A stretch of DNA of 57,482 nucleotides, taken from positions 1 through 57,482 of the forward strand of contig JBMYNT010000004.1 in NCBI GenBank assembly GCA_049598575.1, written 5' to 3'. Under the pieces are notes generated by a model. The model worked only from the letters and a program-made list of their open reading frames with translations. It did not search any database and was not told the DNA's origin. This stretch comes from Candidatus Poseidoniaceae archaeon (GTDB lineage Archaea; Thermoplasmatota; Poseidoniia; Poseidoniales; Poseidoniaceae). The translations under genes were made by a program, and so were the position numbers. Positions 55,901-57,482 of the stretch are shown piece after piece. Every line of letters starts with the position of its first letter. Positions within the stretch are counted from its first letter, which is position 1.

Positions 55901-57482
55901 CGGTTGAGCCGTTGACAACTGTCCAGTCGAGGAGCGTTCGAGGTGGTTTGTCGTTCTTACCGTCTCTATTTGCGTCACGGAAAGTGAAGTTCTGTACGAT
56001 TTTTATCTCAACCCGGTCGTAAGCAACCTCAGTTGTGTTGACATCTCCTGAGATACGAGTGATGGATTCCGACATGACCCATGTACCATTGACAGGGAAT
56101 GAAATGTTAACATCGCTTGTGCTTGCCCGAAGACCATTATCACAAATTTGACCTTTCGCAAAAGCGATGGCACAAGATGCATCGATGATTCCATGTCCAA
56201 AGGTCTCGTTCCATCGCGATATCGAGTCGTCGGCTGGTTCTCCCCTTGCTTCAGAAGATTTCTGAATAATGTCCTTGACTTCTTCTGGTGTAAGAGACGG
56301 GTCGGCTTCCAAGAGGAGCGCAATTACACCTGAGGCAATCGGTGTTGCCATGCTCGTACCAGATTTTGAGTCGTATTGGTCGTCGGCAAGCGTTGCAGGT
56401 GTACCAGGCAATCCAAACGATGCGGCATGGGTCGCAGAGGTAATGTTCGAACCGTAGGAGGTTACATCCGGCTTTTGCTCATCGGTATCATCATCATCGT
56501 TGTCAGACAGTCTCGGACCATAGTTCGAGAAATCCGACATGTTATCATCGGTTCGAAGAACAGTGTTTCGGTCATCTACGGAGCCAACGGTTATTGCACC
56601 GTCTGCACTGCCTGGCGAAGGAACTCGGTTTGTTCCATCGTTTCCAATAGCGACGACACAGACAATGCCCGCTGCTGTTGCTTGATTGACAAGATTCGCT
56701 TCTGCACTTGATCCATTGTCACCTGGGTCATTTGGCAAAAGTGGCCCCCCACCAAGCGATCCGTACGACATAGATGCGATTTGAATCCCGGTATACGTTG
56801 AGTTCACACCCCAGTCAGTGTTGACGTTGTTGATCATCCACTGAAGCCCACGGAGGCTGAACTGTGAGTTTGTACCACCGCCGTCTGTCAAGACCTTGAT
56901 GTCGATGAGCCCTGCACCCGGTGCAGTCCCCATGTGAATCTTTGAGGCATCACCCGTACCAAGGGCAGAACCAGCAACGTGGGTACCGTGACCATTACCA
57001 TCATCAGGGTCAGTCGCTCCTGATTCATCTGGCGTCTGGGCTGTCGCGTCGTACCCAGCGATCCATTTTCTATCAGAGTAAGAATTTGGGTCTGCGTCTG
57101 GAGCGTCATCAACATCATCGAAGTCGTTGAGTGAGCGATGCTCATTGTCCACGCCAGTGTCAAGCACTGCGATGATCACACCTGTACCGGTGTAGCCTTG
57201 TTCATGCGCAGTGTTGGAATAATCATCCGATGGGCGGGCTATTGCTGCCCTTGATGCAACATCATTGCTCGGCACCATGACGTTCTGCATCTCGACGACA
57301 ACAACGCCGTTGAGTTGGTAAATGTCCATCAATGCAGAAACAGGTACCTTGTCGACGGCAATGGCATCGATGCTGCGGATTGTTTCAAAGAAAGCACCTT
57401 GCTCTTGTCCGACCCATCCATGGCGCTCAAGCGTTGAGCGAAGGTTGTCCTCTTCCACATCGGTTGGATTCCATGCGTAGTC
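52989..57482 (-). CDS. Membrane-anchored S8 (subtilisin-like) serine protease with Ig/CARDB stalk, TM, Pro-rich linker and C-terminal Zn ribbon; 5' end beyond the window
   Basis: Catalytic VLDTGVD, GHGTHVAG and SGTSMATP; the frame stays open to 57482 (DYAWNPTD before the track start); TM ILFGVVSVLFLLFVLVVISL; CPSC...CPIC. Confidence 0.94.
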   Translation of the reverse strand, partial: DYAWNPTDVEEDNLRSTLERHGWVGQEQGAFFETIRSIDAIAVDKVPVSALMDIYQLNGVVVVEMQNVMVPSNDVASRAAIARPSDDYSNTAHEQGYTGTGVIIAVLDTGVDNEHRSLNDFDDVDDAPDADPNSYSDRKWIAGYDATAQTPDESGATDPDDGNGHGTHVAGSALGTGDASKIHMGTAPGAGLIDIKVLTDGGGTNSQFSLRGLQWMINNVNTDWGVNSTYTGIQIASMSYGSLGGGPLLPNDPGDNGSSAEANLVNQATAAGIVCVVAIGNDGTNRVPSPGSADGAITVGSVDDRNTVLRTDDNMSDFSNYGPRLSDNDDDDTDEQKPDVTSYGSNITSATHAASFGLPGTPATLADDQYDSKSGTSMATPIASGVIALLLEADPSLTPEEVKDIIQKSSEARGEPADDSISRWNETFGHGIIDASCAIAFAKGQICDNGLRASTSDVNISFPVNGTWVMSESITRISGDVNTTEVAYDRVEIKIVQNFTFRDANRDGKNDKPPRTLLDWTVVNGSTDYWFYDLELKDSWIASDDQEIYVYAVAKDAEKNESTTAVRYFQLSRTSLTLETPIARNVLSGLVEITGDVAGVEHDRIEYKIDDGDWKTGTTLTKYDGPGQDGSDSWSFNWDSTEADDGYREFFIRMVNKTGYISPIASRSYTIDNIEPAPSLRFQGEVEIFDQKLPAETAYAGSLLEVKFDVYNAGDKDATDIFVRLTAPGENSEVYPSQGLIPSLEKGESVSVTLYWQASIAGLHDVLLELDPNNVQGDLEPDDNTLSFPFEILERPNQPVLRFLPGSVTTIPNIPLADEDYQINIRVDNLGQSNAVSLDMVLEYWVPDAGWQSIDEERVSFIPGATTESGYQVVKFRHMNDQVGAVLYKATLTGDGVESEYSQHTFTVVVSDVASGQGSSTLSLSDSEYPVAFAGIESSTLLFTTIDGELHVRSISKDLQLLTDTVVDTNWGGEIDVMVREDGLVHAVWTSRTQSQQGYFLNDIAMTSFSATGQMLPVHHHLTPLKISEGQYWGLDLAQEDETVVLSGYFRNLSTGGSWSDLTSIFSIHSSTPDVGENWTNMKTHVPVIDIHPDDGDQLATLLDEGVLHILFQELRDDVTGVERTGLMYTRGDLYATQWDYQASIGDEAHSAQLGILSIDENKFFFAGWIEGSGKDANIAVLATEGDWSEEPVITPAPGSTTLIFNQRQDVVEVVYNEITVLGEVSRYGLLTTRDTPSGDVPVVGLSNIVSEKKSLLGYSMNNQDAILFTVSPTGRFSMQKFLMDSPQESSEPKSLLEQLLEPLPGSDEMKMRILFGVVSVLFLLFVLVVISLRSGRKEDVVDAAIVEEDEVAILVQVEEDKDDEELVATVPITPPIQVEMEEPTLADELQAKSIAGEGNARLNRRMKRKQDREIAEIVSKGLPPLPLPTPLPDVPVAEALPPLPVAELEPGALPPLADLPPLRRQAVCPSCSANFPVTDLMRAQVTCPICSGRFNL

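Noticed and set aside
1-57482. tRNA, rRNA, CRISPR array, IS element, integrase or prophage
   Set aside because: Intergenic gaps are all under ~160 nt with no cloverleaf or repeat-spacer pattern seen by eye, and no ORF has transposase, integrase or Cas motifs. tRNAscan-SE or Infernal would be needed to exclude small RNAs formally.

Overview
A gene-dense (~50% GC) archaeal chromosomal segment. It carries TBP, an archaellin, mevalonate kinase, AcnX and SepF, plus many giant membrane-anchored surface proteins and peptidases; this content best fits Marine Group II Euryarchaeota (Ca. Poseidoniales), which is an inference, not a search result. About 35 CDS are supported. Housekeeping genes are ileS, cysS, tbp, glmS, nadE, mvk, mutY, a MutS-family ATPase, trxA, bcp, maf and sepF. 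They are interspersed with six very large surface proteins (Ig/CARDB/PKD stalks, a collagen plus ELWxxDGT protein, an S8 protease) and a membrane-anchored lamin-tail/amidohydrolase. I found no rRNA, tRNA, CRISPR array or mobile element. The most notable observations are: (1) an overlap-coupled operon running TerB-like protein, giant 5-TM Ig protein, coiled-coil/NEW3 protein, a 14-codon micro-ORF and an archaellin that the ORF track missed; (2) a conserved cytoplasmic tail module GPPLPxxGLPxGWTMEQWxxYGxQ[WY]L on two tandem surface proteins coupled to sepF, with Pro-, Trp- or Zn-ribbon tails on other surface proteins; (3) an AcnX fused in large-then-small order; (4) an IleRS with a GIHH signature; (5) a TBP with a ~20-aa insertion, alongside degenerate TATA-like boxes; (6) a bacterial-type TrhO; and (7) a single-base frameshift in an Fe-S oxidoreductase.
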